From Candidatus Zipacnadia bacterium (GTDB taxonomy: Bacteria > Armatimonadota > Zipacnadia > Zipacnadales > UBA5352), in the NCBI GenBank assembly GCA_029820945.1, contig JALGUJ010000009.1, forward strand, positions 8,949-72,948: a stretch of 64,000 nt of DNA, written 5' to 3'. The notes below the pieces were generated by a model. The model was not told the origin of the DNA. It was given only the letters and a program-made list of their open reading frames with translations, and ran no database searches. The position numbers were made by a program, and so were the translations under genes. Positions 8,805 through 17,072 of the stretch are shown here, one piece after another. Within the stretch, counting starts at the first letter, position 1. Every line of letters starts with the position of its first letter.

Positions 8805-11800
8805 TCAGGGCGCCAGGTCGATCTCCAGGTCATCGACGAATATGGTGTGCTGCGTCCAGCCGGCGCCGGTCTCCAGGTCGTACTCCATGACGAACTCCAG
8901 CGGCGGGCCGTCCTGCACGGCGTTCTCGTCGCCGCCACGCACCGACACGGGCGGGTCAGCCGACAGGTCCCACTCCACGCGCTGCCAGCCGGTGCCCTGC
9001 AGCGTGCGGGGCGCACCCCAGAAGCCCTCGCCCTTCGCGTCGCGCACGCGCAGCCGATAGGGGATGGGCGGCCCATCGTTGTACACCCAGAATGCGACCC
9101 GCTCGATGGGCCGGTCGAAGAACTGGAACCTGGCCGAGAAGAGCTTGATCTCGAGGCCTCCCGGCGGGCCCGGCGGAAGCTGCACCATCACGCGGCCCGC
9201 GCTGGCGCCCGAGTGTGCCTGCTCCGCGGACAGCTCGGCCACGCCGCCCACCCTCGCCCCGGCCTGGCTCTCCTCGGGGACGGGATAGATGCGATTCCAC
9301 GGGTTCGACGCCTCGAAGTCCCAGGTGTAGCGCGTGCCGCCATCGGGAAGCGCCTCGGTCTGCGCCTCCGGCGCGGGCGCGTCGGGCTCGGGCAGGTCGA
9401 TCGCGACGTAGTCGTCCGGGCGCTCGCCTACCGCGGCCTGCGGCTGAGGCTCCTCTGGCGCCGCCGCGGCCTCGCCGAGGGTCAGCGTCAGGTCATCGAC
9501 GTAGTAGAGCAGCTCGGTCTGGCCCTCTCCCGGCTTGATGGAGGTGGTGAGGACGAACTCCAGCGGGGCGTCCTGCAGCCCGTCCTCGTCGCCGCCGGCG
9601 ATCCTGTGCGGGGGCTCGGACGACAGGTCCCAGACAAGCTCCTGCCAGCCGCCGCCCTCGTGCCAGATGCCGGGCCCGTAGAAGCTCTCGCCGCGGATGT
9701 CGCGGATGCGCAGAGAGAAGGGCAGGCGCGTCTGACAGTACACCCAGCAGCTCCAGGCCGAAACCGGCCCGCCGGTGTCGATGTCCTCGGTGAAGAGCTT
9801 GAGGCTCATGCCGTCGGGCGCCCCGGGCGGCGCCGTCATGGTGACCTTCGCCGAATGACCACCCGAGTGCGCCTGCTCGGCGGAGAGCTCCGAGGCGGCC
9901 GGCACCTCCGCGCCGCCGACCTCCTCCGGCTCGGGGTAGGTGCGCGGCCACGCGTTCTCGTCCTCGAAGTCGAACGTCATCCGCTGACCCTCGACCTCGC
10001 CGCGTACCACAGGCGGCTGCTCGCCTGCGGGCTGAGCCGCCGCCTCGGTGTCGGCTGCCGGCGTAGTCCAGCCTTCGGGCGCCAGCTCGACCTCGAGGTC
10101 GTCGAAGAACAGCGTCATCTCACTCCCTGCGTCCATCCCGATCTCGACCACCAGCTCCATGGTCGGGCCGTCCTGCCTGCCGTCATCGTTGCCGGCTCCA
10201 CCGAGCACCGGCGGGCGCTCGTCGAGGTCCCAGGTGATCTGCCGCCAGTCCGTCCAGTCAACCGCCACCGGCGTGTCGTAGAAGCCCTCGCCGCTGCCGT
10301 CGCGGATGCGCAGGCGGGCCTCGCGCCCGGAGCCGTCGCCGCGCAGCCAGTAGCTGATCTTCCGCACCGGCCGATCGTAGGGCAGGTACTGCGAGAAGAG
10401 CTTGATCCTGTAGTGGCCCGGAGCGCCGTGGGGCGTCTGCACGTGCAGACGCGCCGACCGCTCGCCCGAGTGCGCCTGCTCGTCGGAGAGCTCGGACACG
10501 CCCTGCACGGCGATTCCGTCCTGGCTCTGCTCGGGCACGGGGTAGACGCGCGACCAGGGGTTCTCGTCCTCGAAGTCGTAGGAGTAGCGCCGCCCGCCGG
10601 CCGCCGTCTCTTCGGCCTCGGTGGTGAGCACCGGGATGCCGGAGACGCCGCTGGAGACCGCCGCGGTGCGATCCTCGGGGCCGATGTGGATGCCGCCGTA
10701 GGCGCCGCTGTCGGCGCCGGCGTATCCCGGCGAGCCCTCGGCCAGGTAGACGCCGCGCTCGTCGAAGGCCGGCTCACCGATGAACGAGTGCTCGTCGTTG
10801 CCCGTCGCCGCGCGGTAGTCCGCGAAGGCCTCGGCGGTGTACTCGGTCCCTGCCACGAGGAAGCGCCCCGGGAAGTAGAGGTTGTGGTCGGCGATGTACT
10901 CGCCCGCCGAGGCGACCTCGCGCTCGGCGCCACCCATGACCACGGAGTTGGCCACGAAGGCCTTGCCGCCGTCCTGCACGTCGATGACCGGGTTGCCCCC
11001 GTCGAGCAGACAGTGCTCGATCACGCACTCGGAGTTGGGGGCAACAAAGACGCCGACCTCCTCGTCGGTTGAGCGGACCACCACGTTGCGCAGGTTCGTG
11101 AAGCTGGTGGCGAGCGGGTGCTCGTGTGAGTGCGGGAACTTCGTGGTCGAGCAGGGGAGCAGCTCGATGTTGATGGGGCTGCCGGAGACCTCGCAGTCGG
11201 TGAGGGAGTGCACGCCGCCGTTGAAGCGCACGCCCTTCAGGCGATTGTCGCGGCAGACTATCCCGGTGAAATGGGTGCGGGAGAAGATGATGTCGTTGAT
11301 GCCGTGGCAGTAGTTATGCGAGAAGTCGCCGTTGCGCACGTAGCACTCGGCGTTCTCGTGGGCGGAGAAGCCCTCGTCGCCGTTGTAGATGCCCGTGACG
11401 TTCTCGAACCACATCGGCCCGGTGCCGCCGTGGAGGTTGAAGCCGTCGTTCCAGAAGTTCATGCAGGTGAGGTCGCGCACGATGATCCAGCCCGCGCCGC
11501 TGGTCGCGACGCCCGAAGGCCGCCCCGCCGCCGCGGTCAGCAGCAGCCCGTAATCGCTCGGCTCGCTGCCCTCGGCCGGCCGGAAGTAGAAGGTGCCGTC
11601 CTCCCAGAACCACTGCTCGGGCTCAAGCTCGGTGGCCGACCTCCCCTTGACGAAGTGCCGCTCGTGGCCGAAGACCATCATCCGGTCGTGCGTGGGCAGC
11701 GGGAGCCGGTAGACGCCGCCCTCCTCGGTCCACCCTTCGGTCGGCGCGGGATCGGAGCCACAGAGCACGGCGCCGCCGCCCTCGATGATAATCGGCGCTT

Positions 11801-12050
11801 CCGGGAGTCCATGCCTGTGCAGCTTCAGCGACTCGCGGTAGGGCTCGTCCATGGGGATGATCCTGAGCGTGTCGCCCGGACCCAGTGCCTCGGCGCCCTG
11901 CGCGATCGTCTTGAAGGGAGCGTTGATCCCGTCATTGCCGTCATCCCCGCGCACGCCGTCCACCGTGTAGGTCTCAGCGAGTGCGGCTGCGGCGAGCAGG
12001 AGGCACAGCATAACCGCGGTCAATGCGGCGAGGGCACGATGAAGTCGCAT
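8805..12050 (-). CDS. secreted right-handed beta-helix (pectate-lyase-fold) protein with three tandem ~170-aa C-terminal domains
   Basis: Start refined to MRLHRALAALTAVMLCLLLAAAALA at 12050, with GGAGGTGG SD. The N-terminal region has parallel beta-helix repeats (NDGFNLHGG, NGDFSHNYCHGINDI, GIVCRDNRLKGVRF). It is followed by three diverged copies (~40% identity) of a domain with conserved DFEDENPW..YP.PE......SELSxEQAHSG...KLF.......W....WQ...WDL...PP....G...DGxxD.P.E.V..........DDLE..L. Confidence 0.7.
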   Translation of the reverse strand: MRLHRALAALTAVMLCLLLAAAALAETYTVDGVRGDDGNDGINAPFKTIAQGAEALGPGDTLRIIPMDEPYRESLKLHRHGLPEAPIIIEGGGAVLCGSDPAPTEGWTEEGGVYRLPLPTHDRMMVFGHERHFVKGRSATELEPEQWFWEDGTFYFRPAEGSEPSDYGLLLTAAAGRPSGVATSGAGWIIVRDLTCMNFWNDGFNLHGGTGPMWFENVTGIYNGDEGFSAHENAECYVRNGDFSHNYCHGINDIIFSRTHFTGIVCRDNRLKGVRFNGGVHSLTDCEVSGSPINIELLPCSTTKFPHSHEHPLATSFTNLRNVVVRSTDEEVGVFVAPNSECVIEHCLLDGGNPVIDVQDGGKAFVANSVVMGGAEREVASAGEYIADHNLYFPGRFLVAGTEYTAEAFADYRAATGNDEHSFIGEPAFDERGVYLAEGSPGYAGADSGAYGGIHIGPEDRTAAVSSGVSGIPVLTTEAEETAAGGRRYSYDFEDENPWSRVYPVPEQSQDGIAVQGVSELSDEQAHSGERSARLHVQTPHGAPGHYRIKLFSQYLPYDRPVRKISYWLRGDGSGREARLRIRDGSGEGFYDTPVAVDWTDWRQITWDLDERPPVLGGAGNDDGRQDGPTMELVVEIGMDAGSEMTLFFDDLEVELAPEGWTTPAADTEAAAQPAGEQPPVVRGEVEGQRMTFDFEDENAWPRTYPEPEEVGGAEVPAASELSAEQAHSGGHSAKVTMTAPPGAPDGMSLKLFTEDIDTGGPVSAWSCWVYCQTRLPFSLRIRDIRGESFYGPGIWHEGGGWQELVWDLSSEPPHRIAGGDEDGLQDAPLEFVLTTSIKPGEGQTELLYYVDDLTLTLGEAAAAPEEPQPQAAVGERPDDYVAIDLPEPDAPAPEAQTEALPDGGTRYTWDFEASNPWNRIYPVPEESQAGARVGGVAELSAEQAHSGASAGRVMVQLPPGPPGGLEIKLFSARFQFFDRPIERVAFWVYNDGPPIPYRLRVRDAKGEGFWGAPRTLQGTGWQRVEWDLSADPPVSVRGGDENAVQDGPPLEFVMEYDLETGAGWTQHTIFVDDLEIDLAP
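8808..10500 (-). repeat. three tandem protein-level repeats (~525 nt each) inside the beta-helix gene
   Basis: Repeat units fall at roughly 8808-9335, 9380-9900 and 9990-10500. I saw this in the translated 1112-aa ORF; the DNA copies have diverged. Confidence 0.6.
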
Positions 12051-12143
12051 GAGGCCACCTCCGGGCGGTCGCATCGGGTCCGTGCGCCTGACAGGGGGCA
12101 ATTCGCGTCTGAGCGGCGCGGCCCTTCCGCGCCCCGCCTGCAC

Positions 12144-13022
12144 TCACACGAACTGCAGCAGGACCACGCCGCCGATGAGCAGCAGCGCGCCGAGGCCCAG
12201 GCGGGGGCTGAAGCGCTCGCGGTAGGCCACCCAGCCGACCAGCGCCGCGAGCAGGGGGTAGGTCGAGGTGATGATGACCACGCGCGGCGGGCCGGCTATC
12301 TGGATGGCCCAGACGAAGAGCGCGTAGGCCGCGGAGAAGCTTATCAGCCCGTGCGCCATGAAGCACCAGATGTCGTGTCCGGGCATCGCCAGCAGCTCCC
12401 GCCACGCCCCCGAGGCCGCCGCCCAGATGCTCCACACGATCAGTCCCGACCCCAGCAGCAGCGCGTTGGAGGCCATCGGCCCGATCCGCGCGGGCAGCAT
12501 CCCGATGAGGGTCTCGCCGATGGCCCAGAAGATGCAGGCGGCGACGGCGTACGCGATCGACTCCCAGTGGCCGTCCCGCTCCGTCCCGTCGGCCGCGGAG
12601 GCGGGCTTGCCCACCATGAGACCGCCGAGGAACACGAGCATGGCCGCGCCGAGCAAACCCCAGCGGAAGACCTCCAGCCCCAGCAGGATCGAGAGGAAGA
12701 GCACCAGCAGGATCTTCACGCGCGTAACGGGCACCGCGACGGAGAGGCTGCCTCTCTGGATCGCGAGGTAGTAGGCGCCGCAGCCGAGCGCGAACTGCAG
12801 CGCGCCGCTCACGACGTAGAGCCCCAGCTCGCCGTAGCTGAGGGTCGCCAGCTTCGCGATGTCCTGGCCCGAGAGCACGAACATCGCGATCGTGCCGGTG
12901 GCCATGGCGATGCCGATCCCCAGGCTCCCGGAGGTCCGGGCGCGCTTGATGGGGATGACCACCAGGCCCCACAGCAGCGCGGCGATCCCCGCGAGCACGT
13001 ACGCGAGCGTCTGCTCGCTCAT
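12144..13022 (-). CDS. EamA/DMT-family (drug/metabolite exporter) permease
   Basis: 292 aa, about 10 TM helices, duplicated EamA-like halves. The ATG overlaps the TGA of the upstream gene (ATGA at 13022-13019). Confidence 0.7.
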   Translation of the reverse strand: MSEQTLAYVLAGIAALLWGLVVIPIKRARTSGSLGIGIAMATGTIAMFVLSGQDIAKLATLSYGELGLYVVSGALQFALGCGAYYLAIQRGSLSVAVPVTRVKILLVLFLSILLGLEVFRWGLLGAAMLVFLGGLMVGKPASAADGTERDGHWESIAYAVAACIFWAIGETLIGMLPARIGPMASNALLLGSGLIVWSIWAAASGAWRELLAMPGHDIWCFMAHGLISFSAAYALFVWAIQIAGPPRVVIITSTYPLLAALVGWVAYRERFSPRLGLGALLLIGGVVLLQFV

Positions 13023-15358
13023 GGGGCGAGCTCCAGCAGCAGGGCCGCGTACGCCGTGAGCCCCGGTATCGTGATCTCGCCGCCCTCGCAGGCCAGCGTT
13101 CGCGGCTCCTCCCCCGGCACCACCAGCGTCGCGCGCGCGATGGCCTCGCCCCCCGGCGGCTCGAAGGCCACGCGCAGCCCATCCACCGGGATCGTGCGGT
13201 CGGCCTCCTGCTGCTCGAACTCGCCGAGATCGGGGTGCAGCTCGGCGTTGTAGTTGATGAGCTGCAGCAGCGCGCCATCGGCCGTCAGTGCCACGTCGCA
13301 GTACACCTGGCCCGCGCCCTCGCCCTCAAGGCGGAGCATCGGTCGGTCGGGCAGCACCGGCGCGAGCAGCTCAAGCGCCGCCGCCTGGGCCTCGGGCTCG
13401 GGATGGTGCATCTCCGAAACCGCGAGAATCTCCGGGGCCGCGGAGACCTTGATGCTCGGCCCTTCGCCAGCGATCTCCTCCACCTCGTAGCCCGCGCCAT
13501 AGGGCTCCCAGGCACCGTCGCCAAGCAGGTTCTGCGTGGTCTCTTGTGCCTCCGGGTCCCACGGCCCGAACTTCACCCTCCGGAACCACGCAGTCCCGCC
13601 GTGATGCCGGAAGAGCAGGTGGATGCCGGCGCTGCGGATCGGCTTCGTCGGCTCGATCACGCGGCGGGAGAACTCCCAGTCGTGTGTGCCCGGGGCGAAG
13701 GTGGCCACCTGGCCCCAGAGGTGGCTCCCGTCGGTGTGCGTCAGGTCCACGTAGAGCGAGTAGTCGCTGTCACGGCCCCCGCTGACGCTCAGGGCCCTGC
13801 TCTCACCCTCGATCGCCAGCGGCGCCGCGACCTGCTGATTGATCGCCACCGACTGCACGGCGCCGAGCACGCTGCCCGAGGTCGCATCGCGAGGCGCGTA
13901 CCAGACCTCGTGCCCGCCGATCTCCCGGCTGACGACCTCTTCGGCGTCCTCAGGCCGCACGAAGAGGTCCGCCACGGTCTCGCGTTCGCCCCAGTCCCCC
14001 GCGTAGCGCGGCATCTCGCCCACGAAGAGCACCCGGCCTCCGGCGGCAACGTTCTGCTCGAGCGCCACCGCCGCCTCGTCCGTCAGCGCCGCCGCATCCA
14101 GCACGACCGTCGCCGGGCACTGCGCCAGCCGCTCGGTGGTCAGCCCGACGTCAGAGTGGATGACGAACGGGATGTGCGCGCGCATCAGCGCCTGGCCGAT
14201 CGCATAGAGCTGCTTCCGCGAGCCGCCGCTGGTGAGATAGCTGCGCGGTGAGAACACGATGCCCACCTCGCCGATCTCCCGGCGACTGGTGAGGGCGGGC
14301 TCAAGCGCGGCCCAGGTGGCGTAGATGTCCTTCACCATCGGCGCGTGCTCGCGCAGCAGGTTCCCGGTGCCCGGGCCACCGAGCCCCAACCATGAGACCG
14401 CGCCCTGGCTCATGATCTCACAGAGCGCGACCTTCGCGCGGTCCCCGGCCATCCGCCCGTGATGGCGGCCGTTCTCGTCGGAGATGAGATGGTAGGTCAC
14501 GGACATGGCGATCTGGTGGTCGCTGAGCGCGTGGGCGAGCTTCAGCCACAGGATCTGCTGGCTCGCCGGGGGGAACGGCCCCCACGTGGTGCCCTCGATG
14601 CACATCATGTCGAAATGCTCGCCGCGCGCGCCGTCGCTCTCATACGCCCACTGGTAGGTGCTGCCCGAGTCCTGGTGCCAGGTCCCGTCGGTTGCGAAGC
14701 CGGGGCGGATCGCGCGGGCCTCGTCACGCACCATGCCGAGGAAGTCCATCACGCGGAGGATGCGGAACTCACGCAGGTGCATGCGGGTCGCAAGGTCATC
14801 CGGCAGGTCGAGCAGATCAGTGGCCGCGAGCCCTCGAGCCCGGGCGAATTCCTCCCACGCGCTCTGGCAGTACTCGCAGAAGCACGGCTCGTAGTGGGAC
14901 GCGTAGTCGATGTGGCAGCCGTCCCACCCGGCCTCCGCCATCTCGCGGAAGATGCCCGCGGCGTACTCGCGCCACCTCCGGTTGTTGACGCATGCCGACC
15001 AGTTGTTGGCGACACTGGGGAACAGCGGATCGTAGGGGCGCCGGTAGCTGCCGTCCAGGTTGACCGCCGCCATCGAGGTGATGGTCTCGATATCGTCATC
15101 GAAGGTCGCCGGGCGGATGGCGTTCATGGTGAACCAGGTGCGCGTGCGCAGGCCCGCGGCGTGCGCCTCCTCGGGCTGCACGCCCATCACGCAGTTCACA
15201 CCGGCGTCGGTCCACTCCTCGATCGATACGTCGTCGATCCCGCGAACCAGCAGCTCGCGGACGGCTCCCCGGCGCCAGAAGTCGGCCAGGTCGGGTATCT
15301 CCTGGCACGCAGCCGCGACGGGCAGGAGCACGGTCATTACGGTCAGCAGCGTTCGCAT
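13019..15358 (-). CDS. secreted glycoside-hydrolase-like protein (GH42-like TIM barrel with Cys cluster + C-terminal beta domain)
   Basis: Start refined to MRTLLTVMTVLLPVAAAC (signal/lipoprotein-like) at 15358, with GGGAGG SD. HIDYASHYEPCFCEYCQ matches the Cys-cluster motif of GH42/GHL-type hydrolases. Call is by similarity only. Confidence 0.45.
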   Translation of the reverse strand: MRTLLTVMTVLLPVAAACQEIPDLADFWRRGAVRELLVRGIDDVSIEEWTDAGVNCVMGVQPEEAHAAGLRTRTWFTMNAIRPATFDDDIETITSMAAVNLDGSYRRPYDPLFPSVANNWSACVNNRRWREYAAGIFREMAEAGWDGCHIDYASHYEPCFCEYCQSAWEEFARARGLAATDLLDLPDDLATRMHLREFRILRVMDFLGMVRDEARAIRPGFATDGTWHQDSGSTYQWAYESDGARGEHFDMMCIEGTTWGPFPPASQQILWLKLAHALSDHQIAMSVTYHLISDENGRHHGRMAGDRAKVALCEIMSQGAVSWLGLGGPGTGNLLREHAPMVKDIYATWAALEPALTSRREIGEVGIVFSPRSYLTSGGSRKQLYAIGQALMRAHIPFVIHSDVGLTTERLAQCPATVVLDAAALTDEAAVALEQNVAAGGRVLFVGEMPRYAGDWGERETVADLFVRPEDAEEVVSREIGGHEVWYAPRDATSGSVLGAVQSVAINQQVAAPLAIEGESRALSVSGGRDSDYSLYVDLTHTDGSHLWGQVATFAPGTHDWEFSRRVIEPTKPIRSAGIHLLFRHHGGTAWFRRVKFGPWDPEAQETTQNLLGDGAWEPYGAGYEVEEIAGEGPSIKVSAAPEILAVSEMHHPEPEAQAAALELLAPVLPDRPMLRLEGEGAGQVYCDVALTADGALLQLINYNAELHPDLGEFEQQEADRTIPVDGLRVAFEPPGGEAIARATLVVPGEEPRTLACEGGEITIPGLTAYAALLLELAP

Positions 15359-15532
15359 GGCCTTCGCCTCCCTGCGGCCCCGCCGGGGGGCACGGCGCGG
15401 GGTCACGTACGCAGCGGCCGCAGGCAATGCACGCCCGCGGCCGTCACCGGCTGCTGTGGTCGGACCGTCAGGTCGCCCTCCCGGACCTTGATCGCCCCGT
15501 GCTCCTCACCGCCCCCCCGGGGCGCTGTTCGA

Positions 15533-16096
15533 TCAACTCTGAGGCTGCTGCGTCTCCCCCCGATCCGCTGCATCGTCGCCGGAGTCCCCCTCGGCTGCTA
15601 CGCCGGCCTGCGCCTTGATGCGCCGGGCGGCCTCCTTTGCGCCCTCGTGATCGGGGTGCAGCGCCAGCTCCATCTCCAGCTCCGCCATGGCCTCGGGCAG
15701 GCGGTCCTTGCGCCAGTAGGCGATGGCGAGGTTGTAGTGCGCGTCGCGGAACTCGGGATCGACCTGCAGCACCCCAAGCAGCAGATCCACCGCCTCGTCG
15801 AGCTGATCGAGCGCGCTCTTGGATGCCGCCAGGTCTAGCAGGACCTTGGGGTTCTCGGGCGCTATCTCGTGGGCGGCCTCGAACTGCCGCGCCGCAGCGA
15901 CATACTCCCCCGTGCTGTAGTAGGCCGTGCCCAGGTTCACGCGGGCGGTCAGATTCTCGGGCTCTTCGCGCGCGATCTCCGAGAGGGTCTCGATGGCCGA
16001 CTGCAGCTCACCCCGTGAGATGGCCTCGGTGGCCTCCCTCAGGCGCCGGCTGGTGTCCCTGTCATCCTTGCGCTTCCGCCTGCCGAATGGCCACAT
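15533..16096 (-). CDS. TPR-repeat protein
   Basis: Start refined to MWPFGRRKRK, with GGAGGT SD. There are 4-5 TPR units (AYYSTGEYVAAARQFEAAHEIAPENP, AHYNLAIAYWRKDRLPEAMAELE). Confidence 0.8.
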   Translation of the reverse strand: MWPFGRRKRKDDRDTSRRLREATEAISRGELQSAIETLSEIAREEPENLTARVNLGTAYYSTGEYVAAARQFEAAHEIAPENPKVLLDLAASKSALDQLDEAVDLLLGVLQVDPEFRDAHYNLAIAYWRKDRLPEAMAELEMELALHPDHEGAKEAARRIKAQAGVAAEGDSGDDAADRGETQQPQS

Positions 16097-16129
16097 GAGC
16101 CGACCTCCACCGTCGCTGCCGCGCCCCGG

Positions 16130-16160
16130 CATTATACGGGAGCGCTGAAGTGCCCGTCAA
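16130..16160 (-). promoter_or_regulatory. sigma70-like promoter for the TPR gene
   Basis: On the minus strand: TTGACG, an 18-19 nt spacer, then TATAAT (plus attata at 16130-35, cgtcaa at 16155-60). It sits about 30 nt upstream of the refined start. Confidence 0.5.
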
Positions 16161-16999
16161 TGCGAGAGGGAGGGCGGGCAGCACCCGGCTTCGTGTGCAT
16201 GCGCGCAGCCAAGGGCGGGGTGCCCGTGGCACCGAACGGCTCACGACGACGCGAGGTGTGCCGTACGGACGGGCCGCCTGAGGCGCGAATGTCCTCTATT
16301 CGCGTCGAAGGTGGCCCGCGCCGTCGTGCATCCCATGGAGGGTGATCCCGCCCGTGGGCGGGATCGGGTTCCACCCCGGCCCATCGTTCTCATGTCGCGA
16401 AGTCTCGTCTCTGTGTTCAACGCACATCGGGCCGGCATAGAAGCTGAGCCGGCGACCGCCGACAACGGCCGGGCCGGAGCGGAGGCCTGCCCCTCCAAGC
16501 GGCACGGCAAAGGCCGGGCGCGGCACAGGTCCGCGCCCTACAACACGCCCAACGGCGCACGGGGCTGGAGCCCCGTGCCACGGACCTGGCGCATCCGTGC
16601 GGGAAGGGCGCCGCGGGTACCGAGTCGTCCGGACGCCTGCCGCCCCCCCTCTCTGCAGGCGCAGTACGAACTCTGCGCTTTGACCTGCTCTTTTCGCGAA
16701 TCTCTTTGTGGCATATCCGAAACAAGCGGCAAATGCGGGCCCTCCGGTTCCTATACTCATAGGGGACCCCACTTCCGGCGCCGCGGCCCCAGGCCGATCG
16801 CGACGGCGTGGTGCGCACCTTGACAACCGAATAGAAGCCGCGGGCGGGAGTGTAATCCCGCGCCTCCAGACGGCAGACAGAGCTGAGCGGTGCGTTTGGA
16901 GTGGGCGCTCCCCGGGCGTGAGGGCATTCGACGCAGAATACCGTCGGGATGGGACCCGGTGGGCGGATGGATCGCGATGCCGGCCCGCATACCCCCTCG

Positions 17000-17028
17000 T
17001 TGCGCGCGGGGATAGGGCATGGTATACT
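17000..17028 (+). promoter_or_regulatory. sigma70-like promoter upstream of rel
   Basis: TTGCGC (17000-05), a 17-nt spacer, then TATACT (17023-28), about 45 nt upstream of the rel ATG. Confidence 0.5.
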
Positions 17029-17072
17029 TCAGCAGCGGCTCAGGGGGGACACCGGTGGGCTTGGAGCGGACG

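Noticed and set aside
16130-17072. RNase P RNA, tmRNA, SRP RNA or riboswitch in the long TPR-rel intergenic region
   Set aside because: A GAAGCTGAGCC segment resembles the RNase P 5' end. I scanned both strands for the diagnostic blocks (AGGAAAGTCCGGGCTCC, GGGTGAAA...GGTAAGAGCGCACC, tmRNA GGATTCGAC/tag ORF, SRP GGAAGCAGCC) and found none. It is left as unexplained structured non-coding DNA.
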